A DNA stretch of 64,000 nt from an uncultured Actinomycetes bacterium (GTDB lineage Bacteria; Actinomycetota; Thermoleophilia; Gaiellales; Gaiellaceae). How positions within the stretch are numbered: the first letter of the stretch is position 1; each line of letters starts with the position of its first letter. The position numbers were made by a program, and so were the translations under genes. Positions 37,286 through 46,257 of this stretch are shown piece after piece. Below the pieces are notes generated by a model, which ran no database searches, was not told the origin of the DNA, and worked only from the letters and a program-made list of their open reading frames with translations. The DNA lies in contig CAVUZM010000016.1 in assembly GCA_963746005.1 (NCBI GenBank), positions 100,064 through 164,063 on the forward strand, written 5' to 3'.

Positions 37286-38277
37286 CAGGCCCTGTCCAGG
37301 CAGGCGTCGATCTCGGCGAGCTCGTCGCTCGTAAAGGCGAGATTGTCGAGCGCGGCCACGTTCGCCTCGAGTTGCGCCACGCTGCTCGCCCCGACCAGCG
37401 TCGAGGTCATCCGCGGGTCGCGCAGCGTCCAGGCGAGCGCGAGCTGCGCCAGGGTCTGGCCGCGGCGCGCCGCGATCTCGTTCAGCCTCCGGAGGGAGAC
37501 CAGCAGCTCGTCGGTGAGCCTCCCGGGCGACAGCGTGTCGCCGCGGCTCGCCCGTGAGCCCTCGGGGATCCCGTCCAGGTAGCGGTCGGTGAGCAGCCCC
37601 TGGGCAAGCGGCGAGAAGCAGATACAGCCGATCCCCTCGGCGCCGAGCGTGTCCAGCAGCTCCGGCTCGATCCAGCGGTTCAGCATCGAGTACGACGGCT
37701 GGTGGATCAGCGGCGGCGTCCCGAGCCCGCGGAGGATCGCGGCGGCCTCGGCAGTCTGGTCGGCGGTGTAGTTGGAGATCCCGACGTAGAGCGCCTTCCC
37801 CTGCCGCACCGCGCTGTCCAGGGCGCCCATCGTCTCGTCGAGCGGAGTCTCGGGATCGAAGCGGTGGGAGTAGAAGACGTCGACGTAGTCGAGCCCGAGG
37901 CGCGCCAGGCTCTGATCGAGGCTCGCGAGCAGGTACTTGCGCGTTCCGCCGTCGCCGTAGGGGCCGGGCCACATGTCGTAGCCGGCCTTCGTCGAGATCA
38001 CGAGCTCGTCGCGGTAGGGGGCGAGGTCATCCCGGAAGAGCCGGCCGAACGTCTCCTCGGCGGAGCCGTAGGGCGGCCCGTAGTTGTTGGCGAGGTCGAA
38101 GTGCGTGACGCCGAGGTCGAACGCGCGGCGCACGATCGCCCGGCTGGTCTCGAGCGGCCGCTCGCCGCCGAAGTTCTGCCAGAGGCCCAGCGAAACGGCG
38201 GGCAGCCTGAGGCCGCTACGGCCGCTGCGGTTGTAGCGCATCCGGTCGTACCGCTCGGGAGAGGCGACGTGAGGCAC
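37285..38277 (-). CDS. Aldo/keto reductase (YghZ/Tas-like)
   Basis: PERYDRMRYNRSGRSGLRLPAVSLGLWQNFG..DLANNYG..STKAGY. GTG 38277 is the likely start (the ORF extends to 38322). Confidence 0.85.
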   Translation of the reverse strand: MPHVASPERYDRMRYNRSGRSGLRLPAVSLGLWQNFGGERPLETSRAIVRRAFDLGVTHFDLANNYGPPYGSAEETFGRLFRDDLAPYRDELVISTKAGYDMWPGPYGDGGTRKYLLASLDQSLARLGLDYVDVFYSHRFDPETPLDETMGALDSAVRQGKALYVGISNYTADQTAEAAAILRGLGTPPLIHQPSYSMLNRWIEPELLDTLGAEGIGCICFSPLAQGLLTDRYLDGIPEGSRASRGDTLSPGRLTDELLVSLRRLNEIAARRGQTLAQLALAWTLRDPRMTSTLVGASSVAQLEANVAALDNLAFTSDELAEIDACLDRA

Positions 38278-38341
38278 GGCGCCATTCTGACGTGCGACGG
38301 TGGGCAGGGGCCGCCGGAGCACCCCTGCCCACTCGCGTCGA

Positions 38342-39568
38342 CTACGGTGCGTTGTCGTTGATCAGCGACGAAGCGCCGTGCCCGAGGTCCGATGCGACCT
38401 GGGTGTAGATCGTGTTGAGCTGGCCCGGCGTCGGCTGGTTGTAGAAGTTGCCGGACGCACTGGCCATCTGCTGCATCGCCTGGTAGACGGTGATCGCCGG
38501 CTTCTCCGCGGCGCCGGTGTACGAGGCGCAGCCTCCGGTGTCGTCCCCGAGCGCGTAGCCGATCGTGTAGACGATCGCGCCTTTCGCCTGCGCCGCCTGG
38601 GACGAGTTGACCCCCTGGTGACAGGGCTGCGTCCGGTACGGCGAGGTCGTCGAGTAGTAGCTCGGGCCGGTGTTCGCGGCGCCGTCCGAGAGGAGCACGA
38701 TCACGTCGGGCACCGTCGGGCGGCCGTCCTTCTGGAGCTCTGCCTCCGCCGCGTCGATCGCGTTCGCGTATGCGGTGGAACCTCCGCCCTTCACGCAGTT
38801 GACCGTCGAGACGAGGTCGGAGCTCGTGTTGAGCGTTCCGTCCTTGTTCTTGAAGTCGTGCGACAGCGGTACCAGTAGGTATGGACTGCCCGTTCCGTTG
38901 TAGTTCGCCGAGCTCGGCGTCCCACACTTGTTCCCCAGCGTGTCCGCCGGCGGCAGCACCGCGAGCCCGATCCAGTCGATCGACGGGTCGAAGAAGTTGA
39001 GGAACGTCTTGATCCCCGTCTTCGCGTTGTTGAGGTCGAAGCAGCTCGGGTCGTTCTGCCCCGCGCTGTTCTGGCACATCGAGCCCGTGCGGTCGAGCAC
39101 CAGCATGATGTCGAGCGGCTTGACGCCGCACGGCGAGCACGCCGTCGAGCGGACGTGCACGTTCAGCGAGTTGATCCCGAAGAACTTCACGAAGAACGTG
39201 CTCACGTGGCCGGTCTCGTCGACACTCACCGCGTTCACCGGGTTGCACCCGGGAACGGAGGCCAGGCACCTGGTGGTGACGACCTCGTCGACGCTGCTGA
39301 TCCTGGACGAGTGGTTCTTCGCCCCTGCCTGCGTGCCGAACTGCTGTGCGGTCGCGACGGCCGCGGCCGGATCGGGCAGCTGCTGGGCCCCCGCGAGAGC
39401 GGACGCGTCTGCAGAGGCCTGCAGCGAGCGCTGTGCGTAGTACGCGTAGCCGAGATCGACCACGATCGCCGAGAGCCCGATCACCGCCGCGAGCAAGATC
39501 GTGACGAAGACCAGGACCTGGCCGGATTCCCTCTTGATGTCAACGCTGACGCGAGACGATTCCTCCAT
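38342..39568 (-). CDS. TadG-like pilus-associated protein: TadE/G N-terminal helix plus vWA domain
   Basis: N-terminus ESGQVLVFVTILLAAVIGLSAIVVDLGYAY (Tad_N type). MIDAS-like LVLDRTGSM. ..LLSDGAAN... Many Cys. Somewhat lower GC than neighbours. Confidence 0.75.
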   Translation of the reverse strand: MEESSRVSVDIKRESGQVLVFVTILLAAVIGLSAIVVDLGYAYYAQRSLQASADASALAGAQQLPDPAAAVATAQQFGTQAGAKNHSSRISSVDEVVTTRCLASVPGCNPVNAVSVDETGHVSTFFVKFFGINSLNVHVRSTACSPCGVKPLDIMLVLDRTGSMCQNSAGQNDPSCFDLNNAKTGIKTFLNFFDPSIDWIGLAVLPPADTLGNKCGTPSSANYNGTGSPYLLVPLSHDFKNKDGTLNTSSDLVSTVNCVKGGGSTAYANAIDAAEAELQKDGRPTVPDVIVLLSDGAANTGPSYYSTTSPYRTQPCHQGVNSSQAAQAKGAIVYTIGYALGDDTGGCASYTGAAEKPAITVYQAMQQMASASGNFYNQPTPGQLNTIYTQVASDLGHGASSLINDNAP

Positions 39569-39755
39569 CGTTACCCCTCCCCAAATCCGGGCGAGGCCGC
39601 GTCGCCGTTGGTCAAACCGTGAAGCGTGAAGGGAATCGGCGCGGGGCCGATCCGCCTAGACCCTCGGCCGAGGGATTCGACGGGAAGCCCGCGGCCGCCT
39701 CGCCCGTCTGGTTGGCCGAACGGCGCACGACCGACCAGGAAGGGAAGGAGGAAAC

Positions 39756-40133
39756 ATGTCTGTTCACACGTCGGCCGCCCCGATCACGCGGCGGCCGAGC
39801 CGGTGGCTCGTCGCGGCGACTGCCGTGATCGCGGCGGGAGCGGTGGCGATCGCCCTCTCGCTGACGACGGGCGGAGGGTCCGGCACGACCAGGGTCGCAC
39901 CCGCGGCCCCGGCGACACCCGCCGCGACGGCTCCAGCGTGGCTGATGTCCCTGACGCCCGCGCGGCTCGCGTCGGGCGCGCTCGGCCTCGGCTACGCCCT
40001 GCCCGGCACGACGAAGGGGCCGACCACCGCATCGGTGCTGGCCTCACTCGGCCCGCAGACGCGCCGCTACACGAAGGCCGTCACGTCGCTGACGTTCGCC
40101 CAGCTCGCGGCCGGAGCGGCGGGCTCGCCGTAG
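39756..40133 (+). CDS. Hypothetical membrane-anchored protein
   Basis: Strong RBS GGAAGGAGGA before the ATG. One TM helix (WLVAATAVIAAGAVAIAL), then an Ala/Pro/Thr-rich tail. Followed by a hairpin. Confidence 0.6.
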   Translation: MSVHTSAAPITRRPSRWLVAATAVIAAGAVAIALSLTTGGGSGTTRVAPAAPATPAATAPAWLMSLTPARLASGALGLGYALPGTTKGPTTASVLASLGPQTRRYTKAVTSLTFAQLAAGAAGSP

Positions 40134-40144
40134 CTCGACTCGTC

Positions 40145-40167
40145 GGGGGAGGGCTCGACCCTCCCCC
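40145..40167 (+). terminator. Intrinsic-terminator-like hairpin
   Basis: GGGGGAGGG-CTCGA-CCCTCCCCC, a perfect 9-bp GC stem 12 nt after the stop at 40133. No U-tract. Confidence 0.55.
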
Positions 40168-40189
40168 ACCGCCTTGCTACGGTCGCCTC

Positions 40190-41095
40190 GTGCCCGAGCG
40201 ACGCACGCAACCGGCGGACATCACGAGCGCGGCGGTCGCGAGCTTCGAGGGCTCCGGCGACCCTCGCCTGCGCGAGCTGGCACAGAGCCTGACCCGGCAC
40301 CTGCACGCCTTCGCCGCCGAGGTCGGGCTGACGCAGGACGAGTGGGAGGCGGGGATCCGCATCCTCACCGACACCGGCCACATCACCGACGAGCGGCGCC
40401 AGGAGTTCATCCTCTGGTCCGACGCGCTCGGCGTCTCGATGCTCGTCGACGCGCTGGCGAACCCGCTGCCGGACGGCGCGACCGAGTCCACCGTCCTCGG
40501 GCCGTTCTACGTCCCGGGCGCGCCGCTGCGAGCCTACGGGGACAACCTCGCGGAGGAGCCCGCCGGGGCTCCGGCCTGGGTGCACGGGCGGGTGCTCGAC
40601 CTCGACGGCACCGGAATCGCCGGCGCCGAGCTCGACGTCTGGCAGAACGGCGACAACCGCCTGTACGCGGTCCAGGACCCTGAGGCGCCGGAGGACCATC
40701 TCCGCGGCCGCTTCCGCACACGGGCGGACGGGACCTATGCGTTCCTCGCCGTGCGCCCGGTGCCGTACACGATCCCGAGCGACGGGCCGGTCGGAGCGAT
40801 GCTGGACGCGACGGGGCGGCACCCCTGGCGTCCTGCCCACATCCACATGATCGTGCGCGCCCCCGGGTACCGGACCGTCGCGACGCACGTCTTCGACGCG
40901 ACCAGCGACTACCTCGACTCGGATGCGGTGTTCGCGGTCAAGCCGTCCCTTCTCCGCGACTTCGTCCCCCGGACGGCAGACGACCCGGAGCGGCCCGACG
41001 GCGTCACGGGCGCGTGGTTCTCGGTCGAGAACGACATCGTGCTCGTCCCCGGCGCGGACGCACGGCCGGTCGCGGATCCCGGCCGCACGGCGTGA
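40190..41095 (+). CDS. Intradiol ring-cleavage dioxygenase (hydroxyquinol/catechol 1,2-dioxygenase-like)
   Basis: GPFYVPGAP.., DVWQ.., GRHPWRPAHIHMIV iron-ligand motifs. GTG 40190. Confidence 0.85.
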   Translation: MPERRTQPADITSAAVASFEGSGDPRLRELAQSLTRHLHAFAAEVGLTQDEWEAGIRILTDTGHITDERRQEFILWSDALGVSMLVDALANPLPDGATESTVLGPFYVPGAPLRAYGDNLAEEPAGAPAWVHGRVLDLDGTGIAGAELDVWQNGDNRLYAVQDPEAPEDHLRGRFRTRADGTYAFLAVRPVPYTIPSDGPVGAMLDATGRHPWRPAHIHMIVRAPGYRTVATHVFDATSDYLDSDAVFAVKPSLLRDFVPRTADDPERPDGVTGAWFSVENDIVLVPGADARPVADPGRTA

Positions 41096-41983
41096 CTACC
41101 GCTCGAGCTGCTTCGCGAACCAGTGGTGCGCATACGGCTCGTCGTTGAACGGCTCGACCTCGCTGTAGCCCGCCGAGCGGTAGAGGTTGATCGCCTCGGT
41201 GAGGGCGCCGTTCGTCTCGAGCGTGACGACCCCCGCGCCGAGCGCCGCCGCGTGGCGCTCGAGCTCGTCGAGGAGCCGCCGGCCGATCCCCAGGCCCCGC
41301 GCCGAGTCGTCGACCCACATGCGCTTGAGATACGCCGAACCGTCCGCCTGGAGCTTCAGCGCGCCGCAGCCGACGGGCTCCGCTCGCAGGGTCGCGACGA
41401 GGAAGGCACCCGCGGGCGGCCTGAAGTTGTCGAGCTCGGCGGAGACGCTCAATGCGGGATCGAAGCCCGTCTCGAACCGTCGGCCGAGCTCCGCGTAGTA
41501 CTTCTGCAGGCAGAGCTGGGCGTCGCGATGGGCCGGGTCGACGACCTCGAACTGGACCAGAGACGCGGTCAGGAGCCGCTCGACCTCGGCCATCGCGGCG
41601 ACGAGGCGTTCGCGCCGCGGCTCGCTCAGCGGCTCGAGGAACGACCGGGCGAGCTCGTCGCTGCCTCGCTCGAGTACTTCCCGCTCGGCGAGCCCGGCGG
41701 CGGTGAGCCGGGCCGTGCGGACGCGCCTGTCGCTCTCGCTCGGATCCACGCTGACGAGCCCGGCGGTCTCGAGTGAGCGGAGCAGGCGGCTGAGATAGCC
41801 CGAGTCGAGGCCGAGCCGCGACCTCAGCCGCCGCAGGTCGCAGCCGCCGGCGCCGATCTCCCAGAGCAGCCGCGCCTCGCCGAGCGGCCTGTCCCGGGCG
41901 AGGTAGTGATCCTCGAGGGCGCCGACGCGCTCCGTGACGAGCCGGTTGAAGCTGCGCACCTGCCTGACAGCCGGGTCGGACAT
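41096..41983 (-). CDS. MarR-family HTH fused to a GNAT acetyltransferase
   Basis: N-terminal wHTH (..LGLDSGYLSRLLRSLETAGLV..DRRVRTARLT) and a C-terminal GNAT (..RGLGIGRRLLDELERHA..LETN..A..LY...GY). Confidence 0.8.
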   Translation of the reverse strand: MSDPAVRQVRSFNRLVTERVGALEDHYLARDRPLGEARLLWEIGAGGCDLRRLRSRLGLDSGYLSRLLRSLETAGLVSVDPSESDRRVRTARLTAAGLAEREVLERGSDELARSFLEPLSEPRRERLVAAMAEVERLLTASLVQFEVVDPAHRDAQLCLQKYYAELGRRFETGFDPALSVSAELDNFRPPAGAFLVATLRAEPVGCGALKLQADGSAYLKRMWVDDSARGLGIGRRLLDELERHAAALGAGVVTLETNGALTEAINLYRSAGYSEVEPFNDEPYAHHWFAKQLER

Positions 41984-41985
41984 CG

Positions 41986-42001
41986 TCTGATTTTAGTCAG
42001 A
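41986..42001. promoter_or_regulatory. Short inverted repeat (TCTGA-N6-TCAGA) immediately upstream of the MarR-GNAT start
   Basis: TCTGATTTTAGTCAGA in an AT-rich patch 3 nt from the start codon. Candidate autoregulatory operator. Confidence 0.25.
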
Positions 42002-42052
42002 GAATGACGGTCAGTGCGAGGGCACGACGACCGGCCGCGGTGAGGCGACCGA

Positions 42053-42125
42053 TGGAGCTAGGCGGGCTCGAACCGCCGACCTCCTGGGTGCGATCCAGGC
42101 GCTCTCCCAGCTGAGCTATAGCCCC
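42053..42125 (-). tRNA. tRNA-Ala (anticodon CGC)
   Basis: GGGGCTATAGCTCAGCTGGGAGAGCGCCTGGATCGCACCCAGGAGGTCGGCGGTTCGAGCCCGCCTAGCTCCA. Cloverleaf folds by hand, G3:U70 identity pair is present, and CCA is not encoded. Confidence 0.9.
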
Positions 42126-42163
42126 GTGCAGGGCACAGTGTAGCGAGCCTCAGCGAACAGGAT

Positions 42164-42541
42164 CTAGCCCTGCCACTGCTCGGCGCCGCGCGCGTTCTGG
42201 AGCTTTGTAGCCTCGGCCTCCATCTGCTCCTTGAGGGCCATCTGCTCCTCGAGGGTCTGCTCGCCGGGCTTCTGCCACTCGCTGTCGGGCACCGGCTCGT
42301 GCGCGGCCATCTCGAGCTCGCCCTTGCCGATCCGCAACGCCATGTCGCCGGGCTCCTCCCAGTACCAGGTCCCGTCCTCGAGCTCGATCGCGGGAAACTT
42401 GTCCTGGTGGGTGTGCGCGATCATCTCCTCGCGGCTGCCCTTCACCACCACGTACTCGATGCCCTGCGCGTCGAGCGCCTGCCGTACCTTCTTGCTCGGA
42501 TCCCCGAAGAGCCCGCCGGGCCGGTGGAGCTTCACTGCCAT
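42164..42541 (-). CDS. Glutaredoxin/GST-N-like thioredoxin-fold protein lacking the CxxC motif, with an acidic coiled C-terminal tail
   Basis: ATG 42541 preceded by GGGAGGA. ..KVRQALDAQGIEYVVV......FPAIELEDG.. pattern without active-site Cys. Confidence 0.5.
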   Translation of the reverse strand: MAVKLHRPGGLFGDPSKKVRQALDAQGIEYVVVKGSREEMIAHTHQDKFPAIELEDGTWYWEEPGDMALRIGKGELEMAAHEPVPDSEWQKPGEQTLEEQMALKEQMEAEATKLQNARGAEQWQG

Positions 42542-42584
42542 CACTGTCCTCCCTCGAAGTGAGCTACCCACGATACTCCCTCGC

Positions 42585-43430
42585 GTGCGCGCTGTCGTAC
42601 TAGACGCCGCCGGTCAGCCGGCGCCGTCCGAGGTCGCGGAGCCCGACGGGGCAGGCGAGCTCGTGACGGTCCTCGCGTGCGGGCTCTGCGGCTCGGACGT
42701 CGAGAAGATCGGGCTCGCCGCGCCCGGGACGGTGCTCGGGCACGAGGTCGTGGCGGAGACCGCGGACGGCCGCCGAGTGGCGCTGATCCACCACCTTCCC
42801 TGCGGTGAGTGCGAGCGCTGCCTCGCCGGCCACGAGTCGACCTGCGAGTCGTTCGAGGCACCCACGATCTCCCCGGGCGGCTTCGCGGAGCGCACCCTCG
42901 CCGGCGGGTGGGTCGAGCTCCCGGACGGGCTCGACGACGCGCGCTGGACGGCGGTGGAGCCGCTCGCCTGCGTATTGCGGGGGGTCGAGCGGGTGCCGCC
43001 GGGCCGCGTGCTCGTCGTCGGCCACGGCTTCGTCGGCCGCCTGTTTGCGGCGGTGCTCGCGCGGCGCGGCGACGAGGTCTTCGTGCTCGACAGCGACCCG
43101 GCCCGGAGCGGTCCCGCGCCCGACGGCCCCGTGGGGGCGGCGGTGATCTGCGCGCAGGGCGGAGCCGAGACGGCGATCGGCGCCGTGGAGCCGGGCGGGA
43201 CGGTGCTCGTCTTCGCCGACGCGGGCGCGATCCCGGCCGCACCGGTCTACCGCCGCGAGCTGACCTTCGTCGGCTCGCGCTCGGCCACGCCCGAGACGAT
43301 GCGCGAGGCCGTCCGGATCCTGCCCGGGCTCGAGCTGCCGGAGTCGACCGTGTTGCCGCTGGAGCGCTTCGCCGACGGGCTCGAGCTGTACCGGCGCCGC
43401 GAGGCGCTCAAGGTGGTCTTCGTCCCGTGA
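42585..43430 (+). CDS. Zinc-dependent alcohol dehydrogenase family protein (short)
   Basis: CGLCGSD, GHEVV, and structural Zn site CGECERCLAGHESTC. GTG 42585. Confidence 0.75.
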   Translation: MRAVVLDAAGQPAPSEVAEPDGAGELVTVLACGLCGSDVEKIGLAAPGTVLGHEVVAETADGRRVALIHHLPCGECERCLAGHESTCESFEAPTISPGGFAERTLAGGWVELPDGLDDARWTAVEPLACVLRGVERVPPGRVLVVGHGFVGRLFAAVLARRGDEVFVLDSDPARSGPAPDGPVGAAVICAQGGAETAIGAVEPGGTVLVFADAGAIPAAPVYRRELTFVGSRSATPETMREAVRILPGLELPESTVLPLERFADGLELYRRREALKVVFVP

Positions 43431-44374
43431 GGGCGTTGATCTTCCATGGGCCCGGCGACGTCCGGCTCGAGGAGGTGCCGCGGCCGGAGCCGGGGCCGGG
43501 CGACGTGCTCGTGCAGGTCGAGGTCGCGCTCACGGACGGCACGGACGCCAAGGCCTACCGGCGCGGGCACCCGGTTCTGCTCGGCGAGCTGCCGAGCCGG
43601 TTCGGCCACGAGTTCTGCGGCGTCGACGTCGAGACGGGGCGGCGCGTCGTGGCGTCGAACTCGGCCCCGTGCGGCGAGTGCGCGCCGTGCCGGCGGGGAC
43701 AGGAGACCCTCTGCGAGAACCTCTTTCCGCTGCTGAACGGCGCCTACGCCGAGTTCCTGCTCGTGCCCGAGCGGATCGCGCGCACGAACCTCCTCCCCGT
43801 GCCGCCGACGCTCGCGCCCGAGACGGCGGCGCTGGTCGAGCCGCTCGCGTGCTGCCTCCACGGCGTCGAGGCGGCGGGCATCCGGGCGGGGGACACTGTC
43901 GCGATCCTCGGGCCCGGCCCGATCGGCCTGATGCTCTGCGCGTGCGTCGCCGACGCGGGCGGCACGCCGGTCTCGGTCGGCGGGCGCCCCGAGCGGCGCA
44001 ACCTGGCGCCCGCGTTCGGCGCGCAGCCCGGCGACGGCAGGGGCGCCGACGTCGTGATCGAGGCCGTCGGCAGCGAGGAGGCCTGGCTCGAAGCGATGCG
44101 GCTCGTCCGTCCGGGCGGAACCGCGGTCCTGTTCGGAGGGCTGCCCCGCCAGACCATGCCTCCGCTCGACGCCTACCGCCTCCACTACGAGGAGCTGACC
44201 CTCAGGGGCGCGTTCCACCACACGCCGCGCACGGTTCGGGCCGCACTCGCGTTCCTGGCGAGCGGCGCGTACCCGTGGGCCGAGCTCGTGACGCACGAGG
44301 TCGGGCTGGAAGGAGTGGCCGGGCTGCTCGCCGACCCGCCGGCCGAATACCTGAAGGCGGCCGTCCGGCCCTAG
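43427..44374 (+). CDS. Zinc-dependent alcohol dehydrogenase family protein
   Basis: GHEFCG, CGECAPCRRGQETLC, and the Rossmann motif ILGPGPIGL. GTGA overlap with the upstream ADH. Confidence 0.8.
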   Translation: MRALIFHGPGDVRLEEVPRPEPGPGDVLVQVEVALTDGTDAKAYRRGHPVLLGELPSRFGHEFCGVDVETGRRVVASNSAPCGECAPCRRGQETLCENLFPLLNGAYAEFLLVPERIARTNLLPVPPTLAPETAALVEPLACCLHGVEAAGIRAGDTVAILGPGPIGLMLCACVADAGGTPVSVGGRPERRNLAPAFGAQPGDGRGADVVIEAVGSEEAWLEAMRLVRPGGTAVLFGGLPRQTMPPLDAYRLHYEELTLRGAFHHTPRTVRAALAFLASGAYPWAELVTHEVGLEGVAGLLADPPAEYLKAAVRP

Positions 44375-44416
44375 CCGGCGTGGAAGATCGGTCGGCGGCG
44401 GGCCGTCCGGTGGGAC

Positions 44417-45061
44417 ATGCGCCTCGGACTCCTCACCCTCGTCGCGGCGACCACCCTCCTGCTCGCCGCCTCCGCAAGCGCCGCTTCGCCGAAGCCGGCC
44501 CACTTCGCCGTCTCGATCAGGGCCACGGTTCAGGTCCCGTGGACGCTGACGGGCGACACGCAGTTCTCGGCGTGCGGCGCGGAGAACGGCAGCGGCACCG
44601 AATCGAGCACGTACTGGACCCCGTCGCCGTTCGCGATCGGCCCGCTCGAGCTCGCGGGAAGGACGCCCGACCCGTCGGAGGCGATGCACGGCGAGACCAC
44701 GCGAAGCGGCACCGCCACCTGCTCCACCGGCGCGCCGGCCGACCTGGGCGGATGCGGGACCTGGGACTACGACATGACCGGGAACGGCGCGCGGTTCTAC
44801 CTCAAGCTCCTGAACGGGAACGACCTCAACTTCGAGGTGCACCTGAACACGAAGCCGTACGCGTTTCCCTGCTTCCCCCTGTCCCCGGCCTTCTATCCGT
44901 CCCAGCTGTCGGTGGACTCCACCGTCACGCTCGCACGGCTCGAGAGCCGGCCTCTGACCGTCCTGAACGGAACGCTCACGCAGCCGATCGACTACCCCGA
45001 GCTCGGCTACCACGCCACGCTGACCGCCGCGTGGCAGCTCCGCTTCAGGCGGATCCCGTAG
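44417..45061 (+). CDS. Hypothetical secreted protein
   Basis: Signal peptide MRLGLLTLVAATTLLLAASASA. 214 aa. No family recognised. Confidence 0.55.
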   Translation: MRLGLLTLVAATTLLLAASASAASPKPAHFAVSIRATVQVPWTLTGDTQFSACGAENGSGTESSTYWTPSPFAIGPLELAGRTPDPSEAMHGETTRSGTATCSTGAPADLGGCGTWDYDMTGNGARFYLKLLNGNDLNFEVHLNTKPYAFPCFPLSPAFYPSQLSVDSTVTLARLESRPLTVLNGTLTQPIDYPELGYHATLTAAWQLRFRRIP

Positions 45062-45065
45062 CGGG

Positions 45066-45738
45066 CTAGCCGAACAGCGTCAGGTCGGGCTCGCGGTCGC
45101 CGCGCAGCAGCTCGAGGTCGACCTCGACGCACTCGATCCCGCGCGCCTCGGCGAGGGTGACCGCCTGCGGCTTGAAGCGCTGCGCGGCGAGGATGCCGCG
45201 GCACTCCGCCTTCGCCGGGTCGAGGCGGATCCGCTCGAGGTAGCGCGCGAGCTGCTCGACGGCGTCGATCGTGCCGAGGCGCTTGATCTCGACCGCGACC
45301 CAGCCGTCGTCGGCGTCCCGGCACATCAGGTCGACCGGGCCGAGGTCGGTGGGCCACTCGCGGCGCACGAGCCGGAGCCCGGCGGCCGAGCGCCTCGGGC
45401 TGCTCGGCCAGCGCCTCCTGCAGGTCGCGCTCGACGCCGTCCTTCTCGAGCGGCGCCGCCTCGCCCATGTCGTGGACGACGTCGCTCAGCACCTCGACAA
45501 GGCGGATCTCGAGCCGGTCCTCGGTCTTCCCGGCGCGCTTGCGCACGACGATCACGCCGTCGCCCTCCTCCACGACCGTCGGAGGCGTCATCCAGTTCAG
45601 CGGCTTGTAGCCGCCCGCGTCGGCGTGGACGAGCACCGAGCCGTCGTCCTTGAGCATCAGCAGCCGCGTCGACTCCGGCAGGACCGCGGTCAGGCGGCCG
45701 GTGTAACGGACCTCGCAGCGGGCGACGAGCAGGCGCAC
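45066..45738 (-). pseudogene. nucS: Endonuclease NucS, one frameshift
   Basis: VRLLVARCEVRYTGRL.. N-domain, and [42 protein letters not shown] in a second frame. An extra base lies near 45375-45380. Confidence 0.85.
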
Positions 45739-45839
45739 GGTCGCGGAGACTACCGTCTCTTTCGGACAGTGGGAAGGCCGCGCCGCGGATCCGGTGAGGC
45801 CCCGATGCCGCACCGTCCGAATCGGACCACGCTGTCGTC

Positions 45840-46229
45840 ATGTCCGCTGCGATCACAGGCAAATACCTCAGCGTGACGAGCTTCAGGAAGGACGGCACGG
45901 CGGTCGCGACCCCGGTCTGGTTCGTGGCCGAGAACGGCGGCCTGCTCGTCGAGACCGACGGCGACTCGTACAAGGCGAGGCGCATCCGGCGCAACCCGGC
46001 GGTGCTCGTCGCCCCGTGCACAGCGTCCGGGAAGCTGCGCAGCGGGCCGGTGGCGGCCCATGCTGAGTTCCTCCCCGAGAGCGAGCGCGAGCGGGTCGAG
46101 GGCCTGATGGCCCGGAAGTACCGGGTCGACCGCGTGCTCGTGCTGCCGCTCTACCGCGCCGTACAGCGCCTGCGCGGCAAGCGCCAGGCGCAGACGAAGC
46201 CCGTCGTGCTGAGGATCACGCCCGACTAG
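45840..46229 (+). CDS. PPOX-class (pyridoxamine 5-phosphate oxidase-like) F420-dependent-type protein
   Basis: 129 aa. ..LSVTSFRKDGTAVATPVWFV..LLV.T...YKARRIRRNP.. split-barrel pattern. Confidence 0.7.
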   Translation: MSAAITGKYLSVTSFRKDGTAVATPVWFVAENGGLLVETDGDSYKARRIRRNPAVLVAPCTASGKLRSGPVAAHAEFLPESERERVEGLMARKYRVDRVLVLPLYRAVQRLRGKRQAQTKPVVLRITPD

Positions 46230-46257
46230 AACGCCAAATGCTCATGAGCACAAGGTT

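Noticed and set aside
39626-40189. N-terminal 188-aa extension of the dioxygenase ORF
   Set aside because: The extension is Arg/Gly/Pro-rich. It overlaps the RBS-supported gene at 39756-40133 and its terminator hairpin. The dioxygenase homology starts at GTG 40190.
41984-42163. tRNA-Ala as an integration site of a genomic island
   Set aside because: There is no integrase, no direct repeat of the tRNA 3-prime end and no compositional break on either side within the window.
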